A DNA stretch of 55,369 nt, counting the filler, from Sphacelaria rigidula (Eukaryota): the NCBI GenBank assembly GCA_964200075.2. It is 3 parts of 3 records of this genome, joined end to end, with 100 filler letters (N's around TTAATTAATTAA, not from the genome) between each part and the next. Parts side by side here need not be neighbours in the genome. Positions count along the whole stretch, not along the records: positions 1 to 18,393 come from CAXNAA020000868.1; 2 more parts are not named here. One strand, 5' to 3'. How positions within the stretch are numbered: position 1 is the stretch's first letter; the number at the start of each line of letters is the position of its first letter. The position numbers and the translations under genes are program-made. Below are positions 1 through 12,700 of this stretch, in pieces. Under the pieces are notes generated by a model. That model made no database searches, was not told the DNA's origin, and was given only the letters and a program-made list of their open reading frames with translations.

Positions 1-130
1 TTTGTAGGGATGCGAGGTCAATGGTCTTATGACTATGGCATGCATGATCATGAGTACACCCCCCGCACAATTATATCTCGCTCGACCACTATCATGGATA
101 GCGCAATAAAACACAAGCGCGCGCATTTGA

Positions 131-485
131 TTTTTTGTCGCACTTTGAAACCCTCCCCTTCCTCGGGACGAGTCCGTGATCTAACAGTCTCAAGGGATCA
201 ACGTGATCTAACAGTCTCAAGGGATCAAGCGATCAACTCATCTCTCTTCGGTACGCGCCTTGCATTTTGATCTCGCGGATTGGGTCATGACCATCGGCAC
301 TCCCGCACCGCGTCAACTCACGTCAAACAAACGCAGTGGACTACTTTGTTCACTCACGTTCTCACGCTTTCCACAGTGGAAATCAGATATTGCGATGAAC
401 CCCCCCCCCAACGCATCAGGAATCGACTCCTCGTTCTCCCCACCCTAATGGCGACGGTCGGACCATTACACCACCGGGGCGCGGC
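131..485 (-). mobile_element. tRNA-derived SINE, copy A
   Basis: On the minus strand it starts GCCCCGGTGGTGTAATGGTCC (Pol III A-box-like), has GAGTCGATTCC (B-box-like) about 45 nt later and ends in an A-rich tail. Homologous to 51523-51810 and to the 3' fragment at 39189-39280. Confidence 0.7.
175..228. repeat. 27-bp perfect tandem duplication inside the SINE
   Basis: cgtgatctaacagtctcaagggatcaa at 175-201 and 202-228; single in the other SINE copy. Confidence 0.9.
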
Positions 486-1135
486 ACGCATGAAAACGAT
501 AATCTGGTTGCCTGGCGTACGCAGTGAGTGGTGTGTTTTACACCGCCGTTACCAATCGACTCCAACCCCAGGGGCGGATGATGGGGGGTTAGATAATACT
601 CAAGGAGAGAAAAAACACAATAGTATTTTCCTGCGCGATTTTAATGCCCGAGGCACCGAGATTGTGTGGGTCTCGTAGCAGCTCCTTCTTTTGGTGCTGC
701 TCGCGCACGCGGTGGGCTTGGTGGGCTTGGTGGATCGCAGTAAAAGTTTGAAGGACAAGCCGAAACACCTTCGTTAACTGGACGGAGGAGGGGTACAAAT
801 GTTCTGGATTTTCGAGTAAACATACCGTATGTCTACAGCGTGAAGATGACTTGACATGCATGGAAACCAAGGCAAACCTTGGCACGCTGCCTCCACCACC
901 GACGTAGCCGCGCGTACCGGACAGGAGGGGCGGTTGGTTGCTGACTATGGTACGCACCAAAGCATCCGGAATACTAGGCAAAAATAGGGACATACAGTTC
1001 CACACATTAGACCGGTTGAGATAGGGTTATGGGGTAATTAAGTCGGGGCGGAGGTTACCATACGGTACGATACCGATCGCACTTGCAGGGTCATTTACTG
1101 CATTGTAGGCACGTAGTCAGCAGTGAACAACAATA

Positions 1136-2363
1136 CGAGCTGGGCCAGCCTCAAAACGGATTGAAGCTCTCAAAGCAATATCTCATCGACATAGATGAGT
1201 TGGGCCATGATCCGCATATCGTATTAATCGTCTAACCAAGGGGAAGGTCCCCATCTGCTTATAAATCTGGGCCATTTTCCCCTCCTTGATTAAACCCCAT
1301 GTCTAGCAATTCCTTCCTATGCCGTACGGAGATAGCGTCCACATTAAAATCTCCATGAGACCCCGAACGATGCATTCAGCGGATGATGACGATTTTTGGT
1401 GTGGATCCTCCCTGGAGCATGGGGAGAAGATAGATACGCTCATCTTTACCCGATTCGTAATCTATATAGAGATCTGGCACACATAAGGTTCGATACAAAA
1501 ATCAATATATTACGAGCAGAGGCACTAGATGCCCTAAATCTGGATATCGCGTCTGAATTTTTGAAAGTTGTGCTATGAAATTTGGTATGGAGAACCGCTA
1601 CCTAGAGCATTATGGAAAAAAAAGACAGATTTTTACTTTTTTCGTTTATTTTTCATTTTTTGGTGTTTTTAGGGAAGTTTTCAGGAGGAATAAACATTGC
1701 TCTTGGGCCTTATCTCAATTTTTTGGCTCGATTTTAAAAATTGTGATTTGAAACTTAGCACAGACGACGACAGAGGTATGCTGAATAAATGAAAATGGTC
1801 CTTCTCTTTTTTTTTGGGGGGGGGGAGAGGTTCCGGCTTTCTCGTAAAGAAATGGTCGTTACCACACTAAAACGCCCTAAACCGGTGAAAAAATAATAAA
1901 AAAAACTGACCCATTGAGTTTTGTTACTCATGCCCTAGCGAGGGCCCACACAAAATTTCAATACATAAAGACCAAACGTGGGCCGGTGAGTGGCCTGCGA
2001 AATACTATTCCGATTTTTTACCGACCCGGTTTTTGAAAGGTCAATGCGCCGGCCAAAATTTAGAGTTGGAGCGTAAAATGTGGTGTGTACAATGCATAGG
2101 ACATGAAAAAATATTACAGAAGCACCAAAAGTTTTTTTTTCATGAGTTAAGGGCAATAATCAGTTTTCAGGTATCAGTAAAATGCTCTTAACTCATAAAA
2201 AAAAACTTCTAGTGCTTCTGTAATATATATATATATATATATATACATACATTATGCCCTAGAGCTATGCATTGTCCGTACCGAATTTTGCGCTCCAACT
2301 CTAAATATTGGCCGGCACATCCGCCTGCAAACTTCAAATTCGCCTCTTTGCTGGCCCAGCTCG
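1136..2363. mobile_element. Non-autonomous DNA transposon (Tc1/mariner-like, TA TSD), family TA-1 copy A
   Basis: 14-bp perfect TIR CGAGCTGGGCCAGC (1136-1149) / GCTGGCCCAGCTCG (2350-2363), flanked by TA on both sides. Interior homologous to 25857-26712; no transposase ORF. Confidence 0.85.
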
Positions 2364-3013
2364 TAGCGGCAGTCAGTACCCGGAAATACTTATTTGCATA
2401 CATTCAGGACTACAGTATGTGGCACTTGCTGGCTCTTTGTCTGCAGTTTGTGGTACTCTTATCTATCTTGCTGTCCGTAGCAACGAGAAAAGACAATATG
2501 CCACACTTTCGAAGGCAGCTGTCAACCGTAAACGTAATAGCTTTGTTGCTTGTGCAAGGGTTAAATTGATGTCTCACTTTGGCGTATAGTGTATAGCCGC
2601 CCGCACCGCAATGATAGTACTGAACTTGCCTTGTTAAAATACTGAGTATGCAGATTGAGTGTTTTACGCCCGCGTCGGTCAACAAAGGGGACGACAACAA
2701 AGTAACAGGCAAGCTACTCTGTAATAATGCCGGAAAAAGCAGTATTCACGGGTCACCTGAAGAATTTATCTCGGTGGTCTCAGATCGTCACTGAATGGTG
2801 TCGTCGTATCTCTTACACATATACAGCGTAACACCACTGTCACAAGGCGACCTTGCCCGAAACCGAAGCAGGCTACTCGCTTGTAGCGTCCTTGGCCCTT
2901 ATCGTGCTACCCGAACGATGGGAACGTGCTCTCATGACACCTGTGCAGCATAAAAAAAACATCGACCAGACTGAAATGTTACTATTGCCGTTTTCACTCG
3001 TTTGGCGTGGCAG

Positions 3014-6000
3014 AATTGGCTCGATGCTCGCGACAGGGTAGGCGACAGTCTTCTCACGGATTTCAATGGTATGCCGTACTCGGTTCCAGTAGGCATGGTC
3101 AGCACCCAGGTGTGAGTGTGCGATAGTAACGATTGTTCCGCCTGTTGAATTCTCTTGGGTAAAATGTACGATTGCCCTCGTTCAGCCTGTCTTCCCGCCT
3201 GCGTGAATGTTTACTCTTCTCTATTTTTCTGGTGATGTGGCCATACGCACAAGACCAGAGCACCGTTATCTCAGAGCCTGTTGGTGGTATTTGAACGAAA
3301 ATGATGTTATACTCTCATTCCAACCACTTCGTGCCCTTGCTGCATCTATCAATGCGCTTCACATCCAACCAACAAGTTGAATATTACCCGGGAAGACTTC
3401 ACATATATTTTTGCTCATGTCTTGTTCGACACCTTTCCTACTCTAGGTGTTGACGGGCTACGCCACGTTCGTTAGTGATCCACATTTTCTGACGAACGAC
3501 CTCCTGGATGAACAAGCAGCGGAACAGGTGATATTCAAAATTAACAGTGGGAAATTAGTTACTGAGATTGACCACGGTGCACCCGGTGACTCGAGACTCG
3601 AGCAGTGCCACATGGTGAAAAATATCCTCCTTGTAGCTTTGCTGTAGATGCCGTCATGACGGGTGCATGGACATGGGGGAAAACATGGGCGCTTTGAGAC
3701 AAGTCATGATCAGAAGGTCAAGTTCACACGTGTCGATATAAGTCTGGAATGCGCATCTGTATTTTTTATGAATTTCTATTCATGTTCATACAGAGTTTTG
3801 ACAGAAGGGGACCGCTGAACCCCTCTCGCGATAAAAATAGGGCATGTACCGCAGGAGGAAGGTGTAGACCCGAAACAATTAGAGAAGAGGAAACTCTTGT
3901 GTTGGCCTTCTTCCTGCGTGACCCCGGCTGAATCGCCCACATATCCCGAAAGGTGTAGACTGGCGTCCAGAATAGATTGGATGACAACACATACATACAT
4001 ACACGCAGATTCTTGACAAGCATGTCATCGGTCACGAAAACAAGGCTGTCCCGGGAAACGTACGCCTAGCTCCACGTGTCTCCCGCGCCATTCGATGACG
4101 GTACTCGAATCGATGTTACCACGGCCAAAGTGACCGTTACAGTATATCCTCCAGTACCTCTATTTACCATGATGCGGAAAGAGGGAGGCAGGTTCGTTGT
4201 ACACTTGTGCGTAGTCTTATATATACATGAAACTGAAACTGAAGCTGTTATCGTCCCTGCGGTGCCTACATATTAAGAACGCAATGCCACATGAGGGCAG
4301 AGGAGCAAGATTGCGCGTTGTTTCTAGACAATCGGTGCAATCGACGCCGATAAAGATATTGCCATTCGTATATGCTAGCGTGGTGCAATAACATGGATCA
4401 TTTTTGGCTTTCGACGTTTCTGTCTGTTCGCTCGTCGGGAGTGCCAGATGAATTACATTAATCCAGACGACACGCTACATCAAAGTTTCGTCGACGTTGA
4501 GCCCGTCACAGGCAAAGTACTTCGAAAAGCGGTGAGGTTGCAGGTGCGACTCGTCTCGGAGTCATGATCCACTGCACTTTCGCGGCGTTGCGTTTTTGCA
4601 CGAACTCCAGTTCGAAGCCCTTTCGGGGGTTTGTTCTTTCTCTGGATCGCTCATAGCTCGGCGTCTTTGTCGATTTATAGTGTGTTTCATTTTTATGGTG
4701 TCGTTTTCTGTCTCGCTTCTGCTCATTTTCCCTCTGTATTACGGAGGTTCCCGTTTTCATTACCTTGACTAAGTCCATGCCGAGAATATCGGCACCATTG
4801 CGGAAGACGTAACGGGCCAGTATATGTGATATGAGACAACCAATCCAGCAATAATCAATGAGAGGGGTGGTTTAACGCCTTTTCTGTAGTCGTCGCCCGT
4901 GGTAGAGTCATACCGATCGAAGCCGAAAGAGTCACGATAGTCTGATGCGGTAGTTGGTAACGGTCTGGATACATTTGGTTGGTGTAGCAGGTCACACCCG
5001 ACCCCGTCCCCCGATGGGGCGGGTCCAGGGTATGGAGAGTTGATCGAGGCTAATGGCGCATGTCGCGTATTATAAAATACCTCCGCGGAATCAACAGCTG
5101 AAGAACGCCATAGATATAGTTTCGAATGAAAACTGAATCGAAAAATGGAATTCCTCGATGCTAGCGTACGGCTTAAATATCATGCCCGCAACAGCCAACA
5201 GTTCCCTTGATCAATCGGGGGCGGTGGTGTTGCTCCGTGCTTTTCGTGATCGTATATCTTTCTGTTCACCATGGTCAAGTTTCTAGCCTTCCCCTTCCAA
5301 GCTCCAAGTCGCGTCTCGGGAGTAATCATACTAGATAGAGTACATTTCGTGCCTATGAGAAGTCACCCAACGCGCCAATGGTTGAGCGGAGCAAAAATGT
5401 GATGATGTGTCAGCTGAATCGAAGTACAGTCTTTCTTTCGTGCGGTGCGTCGTGCCGAGGCCTGTTTTGTTAATCCTCTTGTTATCTTCCTGCCTGGGAA
5501 ACGTTCAAGGTCTACCCGCGAGGGTTGAAGTTCATCTAAGGGGCCAGCGTATTCGCAATACTAGGTAGCATGCAAAAGCCACCACAGCGATGGGGTGAAC
5601 AGTATCTCCGTGCCGCCCCCAACATGCATATTCCTGTCCGTCTCGCAATCGCTCTTCGGGTCAGCTACTCTTTCGATTGGAACGAAGCGCATTCAGTCCG
5701 GACATCCTCTCCAGTGAGTCAAGTTTCACCGTTTGCCGGTCCCCGACGAAAGACACCATGGACGACGGCTTCGGGTGCTTCATGTGGGTGTGGGCCGTTT
5801 CGGGGGTATTTAGTAGTCATGGCAAGTTCTGGGTGGTGAGTGTTGGTATGGAGCACGTCAGCACAACCTCGACTTGTGATCATCATGTATAAAATCGTCG
5901 TTCGATGTTTCACGTCGTCTCGTGCCATCGCGTCTGTTGGGTACAGAAGTACTGTACAGTAGCGAATGGGGCATGTGCGTGTCAAATCTCGCTCGGGTAC

Positions 6001-6264
6001 GCCATTGCGTCACTCCATTTCACCTGTTCTCCGTTCTCTGTTCTCAGGTATGTCCCGATCCTATGGTTTGAGGATCAACGCGTCATGGATCGAGAATCGG
6101 CGGAAACGCTTCAAGAACGTTTCTTGTTTTTCGTCGACTACGCGTTGGATACGGCGTGGGATGGGGTAGTCGGGCCGGGAACGTTAGCAGTTTTTGGATC
6201 CATCATCTGGGCAGTTTTCAAGTTCCTAAACATCAAATTTGACAGAAGGAAATGGATCGATTGA
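3014..6264 (+). CDS. CD36 / scavenger receptor class B (LIMP-2-like) family protein, 3' exons only
   Basis: In-frame GT-AG exons at 3014-3109, 3447-3527, 4448-4543, 5665-5783 and 6048-6264. They translate to CD36-type motifs FVSDPHFL, INPDDTLHQSFVDVEPVTGKVLRKAVRLQ and YVPILWFED, then a hydrophobic helix (GVVGPGTLAVFGSIIWAVF) and a short basic tail to TGA. 5' exons not identified. Confidence 0.8.
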
Positions 6265-6358
6265 AAATGACTTATGTCTACGATTTCTCGACTTGGGGAT
6301 TTTTTTTCTCTTGACATTCCGGTCTGGATGTTAAGTAATTGTGCTCGCGGATAGTCGT

Positions 6359-6443
6359 TCCGTCATGTAGTATCCATGGATCTTTATTTCCGTCATGTAG
6401 TATCCGTCATGTAGTATCCGTCATGTAGTATCCGTCATGTAGT
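6359..6443. repeat. 14-bp minisatellite (tccgtcatgtagta) between two convergent stop codons
   Basis: One copy at 6359 and about 4 tandem copies from 6389. Confidence 0.85.
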
Positions 6444-6790
6444 TTATCACCGTAGACGGAGGGGTGCTGTAGAGCAATTTTAGGTCCGAAGGCGGACTTT
6501 TGCGATTCCGTCACATTGTTTGTCAAGGTTTCGTTCTGTACAAATTAAACCAGTACCCAAATGCATTGCGCTAGGGTTCTTTTTTTGTTTTTTTAAGCAA
6601 TCCCCGGAAAAGCTATCGTAACACCGTGAAGTCCTGATAGAGCTTCGCTCAAGCTTGTAGTGCACCCCCGCCCAATGTTTGCCCACGACCTTTAGTGGTT
6701 CTTGCATTGTATATCTACCACTGAGTACCCCCTAATGCGGCTCAGCTTCACACAACGTCGCCATGGATCCCACGTGACTCCGCGAATCAT

Positions 6791-9700
6791 CTAACTCTCA
6801 AGCGAACACAACATGGCCGTTCCATGAAGGATAAACTGCCGAATTGGCATATTCGTCAAGAACTCCACAGCAACCACGAAATTCGTAGAAACCCCCGTCG
6901 TGGACAGCTCTCCCCTCCTCTCTGAGGTCTTGTACGTCGGGCATACATAGTCATCTGTAAGGTTGGCGGGTCGAGTGTCCGAGAGTCGTCGAGGGAGATA
7001 TGATTAGTGAAATACGGGTGGAACCTATATACGCTTGGTCTTGTCATAGGAACTAGCAGCCAAATGCACTTTACTTGGTCGGAAATATGCACAGTTATCC
7101 TAAGCGAAGTGTGCCGCATTCCCGACTGCCCATGCAACTTGTTCTGGGCACAGCCTTCCCCAGCCGTAAGGAAAATCCTATCCAAGGTCGACAAAGCGAA
7201 AAAAGAGAAGAAAAAACACGCCTTAGGGTCGCGCGGAAACAAAAGTCGCAAGGAACATGCGTGTCACATGAGAACACCTACTATTTAGGTGATTTATTCA
7301 GCCAGCGTCACATGGTACCCCCCTCACCGGGGTTAGGCCTGTGGTTCGCCTCAGGCAAAAAGTGCACGATCGGAGCCGGTGCTCGCATCTGATCGGGACG
7401 GGGGTCGCAAAGGCGTTTGCTGGCATGATCCCACGATGCCCCCTCGATGTGCATACCGTAGACAAGCACGCCGTCGGGAGGGTGGCTAGATGCATCCTAA
7501 AAATGGTGCACGATGGGGAGCGAGAGAAATAGACGGTTGGTCGAAACAAGACGAGTGTGCGGACAAAAGGTTCTGATTGGTAATGCGGACCACTATTGTC
7601 CAAGTAGTTCCAAAGCGATGCCGCTCGATTGGTCGATTGGACAACAATACTGCTAATCATTCCTAGTTTGTAAACCTGGGTCTTTGCCAGCGAGGAATAC
7701 ATAGGCTTAGGGGTACTCGCCTGGAGTGTTCAATTACAGAACATTCAGTATCGATGGTTGTTTATCGCAACATTTGCAGCCCAAAAATATGTGGAAAGCT
7801 AGCGACCCAACAGCACGCCCCGACGACGTGACACGATGCAACATACTGTACACGCCACCACGCTGCCAATGATGCCAACAACCCAGTCACCAGTAACAAA
7901 GCAGCACAATGGAACGATCATAACAACAACCTTAATCCCCACCCACGAGAGAGAACACACGCGGCAAGCGAAGCGTGGCGAGATGTTTGCCTTTCAATAC
8001 AGCTCCACACGAAGTATTTAGTATTTACAGTTCTACACGGGTAAACGAAGCTAACACACTCAAAATGGCTTCAGGAGGCGGAGTGTACCGTGCTAGCTAT
8101 ATTCGTAATCCTTCCTTCACCAAGCGTTTCCTCCGTATACTTTCGTATATATCACCTTCAACTATAATTTCAGTCAAAAACGTCACAGAGTACGCCAGTA
8201 GTGCCACTGATTTCACGAGCATGATTCCCTCGTCGAAGGAGCAAGCGTCCCACGAGGCGGAGCTACACCGCGAATGGTTGGGCGTTCGACCAGGGTGTTG
8301 ATGGCTTTAGTTCAAGAACGCGCAACTTACCTGTACTACCCCCGCCTTTAGCATGCAGTAGCCAACAAAAAAAAAGTCGGAAGACTTCACGCACGCACAT
8401 ACTCCCTTGACTTGAGAGCGCCTGATCAGTTGCTCTATAGTCGCTTATCTGATCTTCCGACGAAGGGGTGAAAGGTAACTCCTTTCGTATTCGTACCTGC
8501 GGTTGCTCAATGTCCGGAAATTGATACTTGAAGCCCAACAGATTCACCGGGACTGCGTGCTTTCGCGCGTGGTTTTGTAAAATGGCCGTCAAAAAGCCCT
8601 GCGGATAATAAGTAACGGATTGGGCAGCGTGAGTACGGTCGAACGTTTTGAATCGATCGATGGTTGAAGTGGATAATCAACGGCGGTCAGAGTGAAGCTG
8701 AACGGACACGAAGGGGTCAACTATCACGAGGCACGAGGAGCGCCTTCGTGACCGACCCCACTCCTGCTTACATTGCTTACGTTGGCAACATTGCTATGAT
8801 CCCCATACCTTGTGCGGTTACTTTGTAGTCACCTGGGGGAAAAAAAAGGCAGGCAGCGCGTACGCGTAGGGGTTTCCACGTTCTAGCCACAGCTCGAAGA
8901 ACCGCACTCTCCATCTCAGCTCCTTTATCCAAGACCCCAGCGGCTTCAGGCTCGCAAATCCTCGCCGACGCCACTGGTCCGGCACTTGATTAATGAGAAA
9001 GTTGATGTACACCTGCAGCGAATCAGACACAGAAAGGGCAAGTAGGTACGAGAAAGTTAGCCGTGGAATCAGCCGGTATTTATTTCAAGATAAAGGTATT
9101 ATTATGGACGGGACTGGACTTGTTTCTAAGACTTCCCAGACTTCTCAAACGTTCCCCTTTTCCCGAGAACTTGGAGCGTTTTCCTGACTTCTCCTGAATC
9201 ATCCAACGAAAAAACCCGCCCAACAAAAAGTCCGACGCTAGATTTTGCGAGTAATCTGTAGTCAGTCTTGATTTGATTTATTACCTGACCTGTGTAAGAT
9301 ATTCGCAATCACATTCTTCGGAGAAGAAGTTTTCTCCCGGAAAATTCGGAGATTTCGTCTCAAAAAAAGGCCCGCTAGTGGGACCCCTGAAAAATCAAAA
9401 CATCATTTTTCGGCTGATTGTCCATGACTGTTTTGACATCCTGCAAGAATTGTTCACCCATTTTGGCAGAGTATCATGAAGCTTAAGTATTTCCTAATGT
9501 CGCATCTTCTGTATCCAAGCATTCATGTTCCATGATGTGTAGTAGATGAAGTTCGTACACTAACATCTTTTCCTAAATTTGTACAAGTATAGCGACTACA
9601 AAGCAGTCAAAATTGATTTTATCACTTTGAACTCCGCAAGTGCGGTCACCTTTTCGGGAGCTGTCGAGCACTGTTGTCATGCTGCCGGAACTTCTGTGCA

Positions 9701-12700
9701 AGCAATTTCGGGTCAATTTCGGTATGGCCTAAGGCCAACAACCATTCTGACCTTGTCGAGTTCAGGTGTCATCACGGTCTCTCCCTTCACCGCCAGCACG
9801 AGTTGCTCCACCGTGGTACGGACGATCTGATCAATTGAGCGCGGGACGACGTTCTTTTTACATGATCGAGACAAGAAACTCAAAGCTTTCTATGAGATTG
9901 GCGGAGTTCCCGGCAACAATTCACACCTGTTGCTGACCGATTTTGCGAGGAGAAAATTCCTGAGGGCATCACACGCTCTTCGGTAGACGAAGATATCCTA
10001 TTCGTAGGTATACCTGAAGTAAGCCGTTACAGTTGTCCAGCTCCTGGATCAAAACGGTCGCCAAGCTATCCGTATTGGACGCCCCCGGCTCCATACTGGA
10101 TCCTCGCCGAGTGAGATGATTCACGGCTCCTGCCTGTAGCGGGAATGATCGAATGTTGGATACAATCGGGCAAATGTGAGCACACGCCATGTGGCCATCG
10201 GACGTCGCCCGTGGTACACTGTTGCGAAAGCTTCGCTTCAGATCGACCGTTGCCTCCGTAGGCGAGCGTTTGCTTGCGATATCCTTCGGCAAATATTAAC
10301 AGGGTAATGTTTCCAGTAATATAATCGTATTGCAGCGGCATCCTCCTATTATTGAGACCTGGACATAATGGCGCATTCCTATGGCTCGGGGCTGGTCATA
10401 CTTTAGAACAGCACGGCGCAACTTACGGCACACACTAGGGGCTTGACCTGTCGGTGTTTCAGGCCACCCGGTATCCTTGCAACAAGCTCTTGGGTAACCG
10501 CGAGAACAACGTCATCCGGCCGTTGCCCGATGGGGGCGTTGGCATCCCGCGGTTGCAAAGCGAGAACGGCATCCAGCAGGGCATTGCTCTCCTTTAACCG
10601 AAGTGAGATGTCCGCCTGGATTTTGTTAGAAAAGACATGTGTCTTACGTAAGACTTGCGAACGTGTGGCTCCGTACTGTCTTCCTGCCATCAATCTTTTG
10701 TTGCCAACGGTTACAGGTCACAGGTACACACAACAGTATCACTAAGATATACATTATTTTCAGTTCGACGTGCTACATTTGGGGTGCTCATCGCGGTCTC
10801 TGCACTGGTGCATGTACGCGTGGTGGCCGTGGACACCCCATCGAACACACAGACTCGAGACAGTCAAAGGGACTTCGTGAAGTTCATGAAGGAGGTACAA
10901 CAAGGACTATATGTGATGCAATAGCTGACACTATCGACTGTGGCATGATGAACTGTGACAACTGGTCGTTTGCGCACCGAGGCGTGCATGCCAAACATTT
11001 GCGGGCCATCTTCTGGCGGTATTTGCTCGATGTAGCTCCGGTAACTCTCGGATGGGGCGTCTACAGGTGCCGCTGCTATCATCGCCGACGACGCGGACAG
11101 CCGCCGAACCAGTCGCGCCTTTGTCTTCGAAGAACCGCTTTTGTCATCTGGGCTTCCTCTCAAACCAGACACTGGTGAAACGCCTCCAGCACTTGGCAGC
11201 TGTAATGCGCGGAGTTCGGGATAAGCAAACGCCAACCTAATGAAAGAAATGTAACCATATATGTTGTGCACTTCAGAGATTGGGCAATCCACGGTATGGC
11301 CTGGGGGGACGTTCAACAACAGAGCCATTCATCGTCGGTAGTTGCAGCGACTGACTTCAAGCTGTGTGTTTGACATCTGCCACAATTTTAGCAAAGTCTG
11401 GGTGACCTGGAGACGAAGAAGTCGAAGAGGCTCACATTTTCACCAAATATGCTTGCCGTGTAGAAGTGATCCAGCACTGCCAACAAGCACCGTCGATCCC
11501 ACTCGTCGGTTACCCAACCGCCATAAGTGATGTTCCCAGTCACGTAAACGAGACTTTCCACGGGTAGGGTGGCCAGGCTGGCCTTAGACGGGTCGGGGTG
11601 AAGATGGTCCACGAACCGACCTAGAAGTTTGAACGCCGTATCCAGATCGGAGTCCCCGAAATTGTACGTTACATTCCAACCTAGAGGGCCGAATTTTACC
11701 CTAGGAAGATCACGCAAACAGTACGGCAGGGATTGAGAAGGTACAGAGGCCAATTTGACAGGAGATGTGAGCGAGAGCGAACGATTCCCAGCGTTTGAAG
11801 TATGGGTGTCGAACGTGATACAGAAATACGGACCCTGCGGTATGTGCTAATCGGCACGTCAAAATAGCGGAGGAAAACACGTTACGCGGGTTCCGGTGTT
11901 TGGCTGGCAATTGTAGATCGAACTCAGCAACGTATTTCATGCGGTGCTGTTGCTGTCTATAGACAGCTCCCAGGGTGCGACATTTCTCTCGCGCGGGAGT
12001 CAAGTGCACAGACGGCCGAACGGTATGGTCGACCACAACCGTAATGACAACAAGAATATGGTCCAAGACCAGAGGTAGGGTGTACGGTCGATCGAATGTA
12101 CGCGCAGGCTCAGGTCCGGAAGTTCTCGCCCACCTCTCTTGCACGACCGCGTGGAAGAAGCAAAGACCGAACAAAAGACGCTTCCATTCGGCAGGCCTCT
12201 GAATGCCCTCGCCCTCTTCTCGGCTCAAGATTTCTGACATCTGCTTGAAGCAAAAGGGCGCCAGAATCAACAACATACATCGAGTGATGAAATTAAGCAG
12301 TTCCCTCCCCAATGCAGGGATGCGACAAACGCAATGAGGGTGAAAACAATGCTTTAATCTCTTGACCGTAGCGGCAAAGCACGCGCGAATGGGCTCAGCA
12401 CCACGGCAGTGGATCTCGACATCAAAAGTCAACGTCTCGATTACTGCAAACGCAAGCCCCGCCAACAATCACCTGTAGGTTGTAAGACCGCCGGAGGTTT
12501 GCCTGTATTCCTCGAGGTGGTTCGTCCGTGATTTTAACGCTTCTTTGTAGGACACTGACGGGAAAAAACGGTACAGCGGCGGCACTAAGGAATAACCTAA
12601 AGCCTAATCTTGCGTCCTCTCGATTGTTGCCCAGCTGCTTCACAATACGATCGAGGGTAGGCAACCACGAACAAGCCAGGTGGCAGTTCTGTAACATCAC

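Noticed and set aside
520-1010. IFLRDFNARG resembling the GDFNAR motif of a LINE AP endonuclease
   Set aside because: Single degenerate motif with no other supportable motifs; not enough to call.
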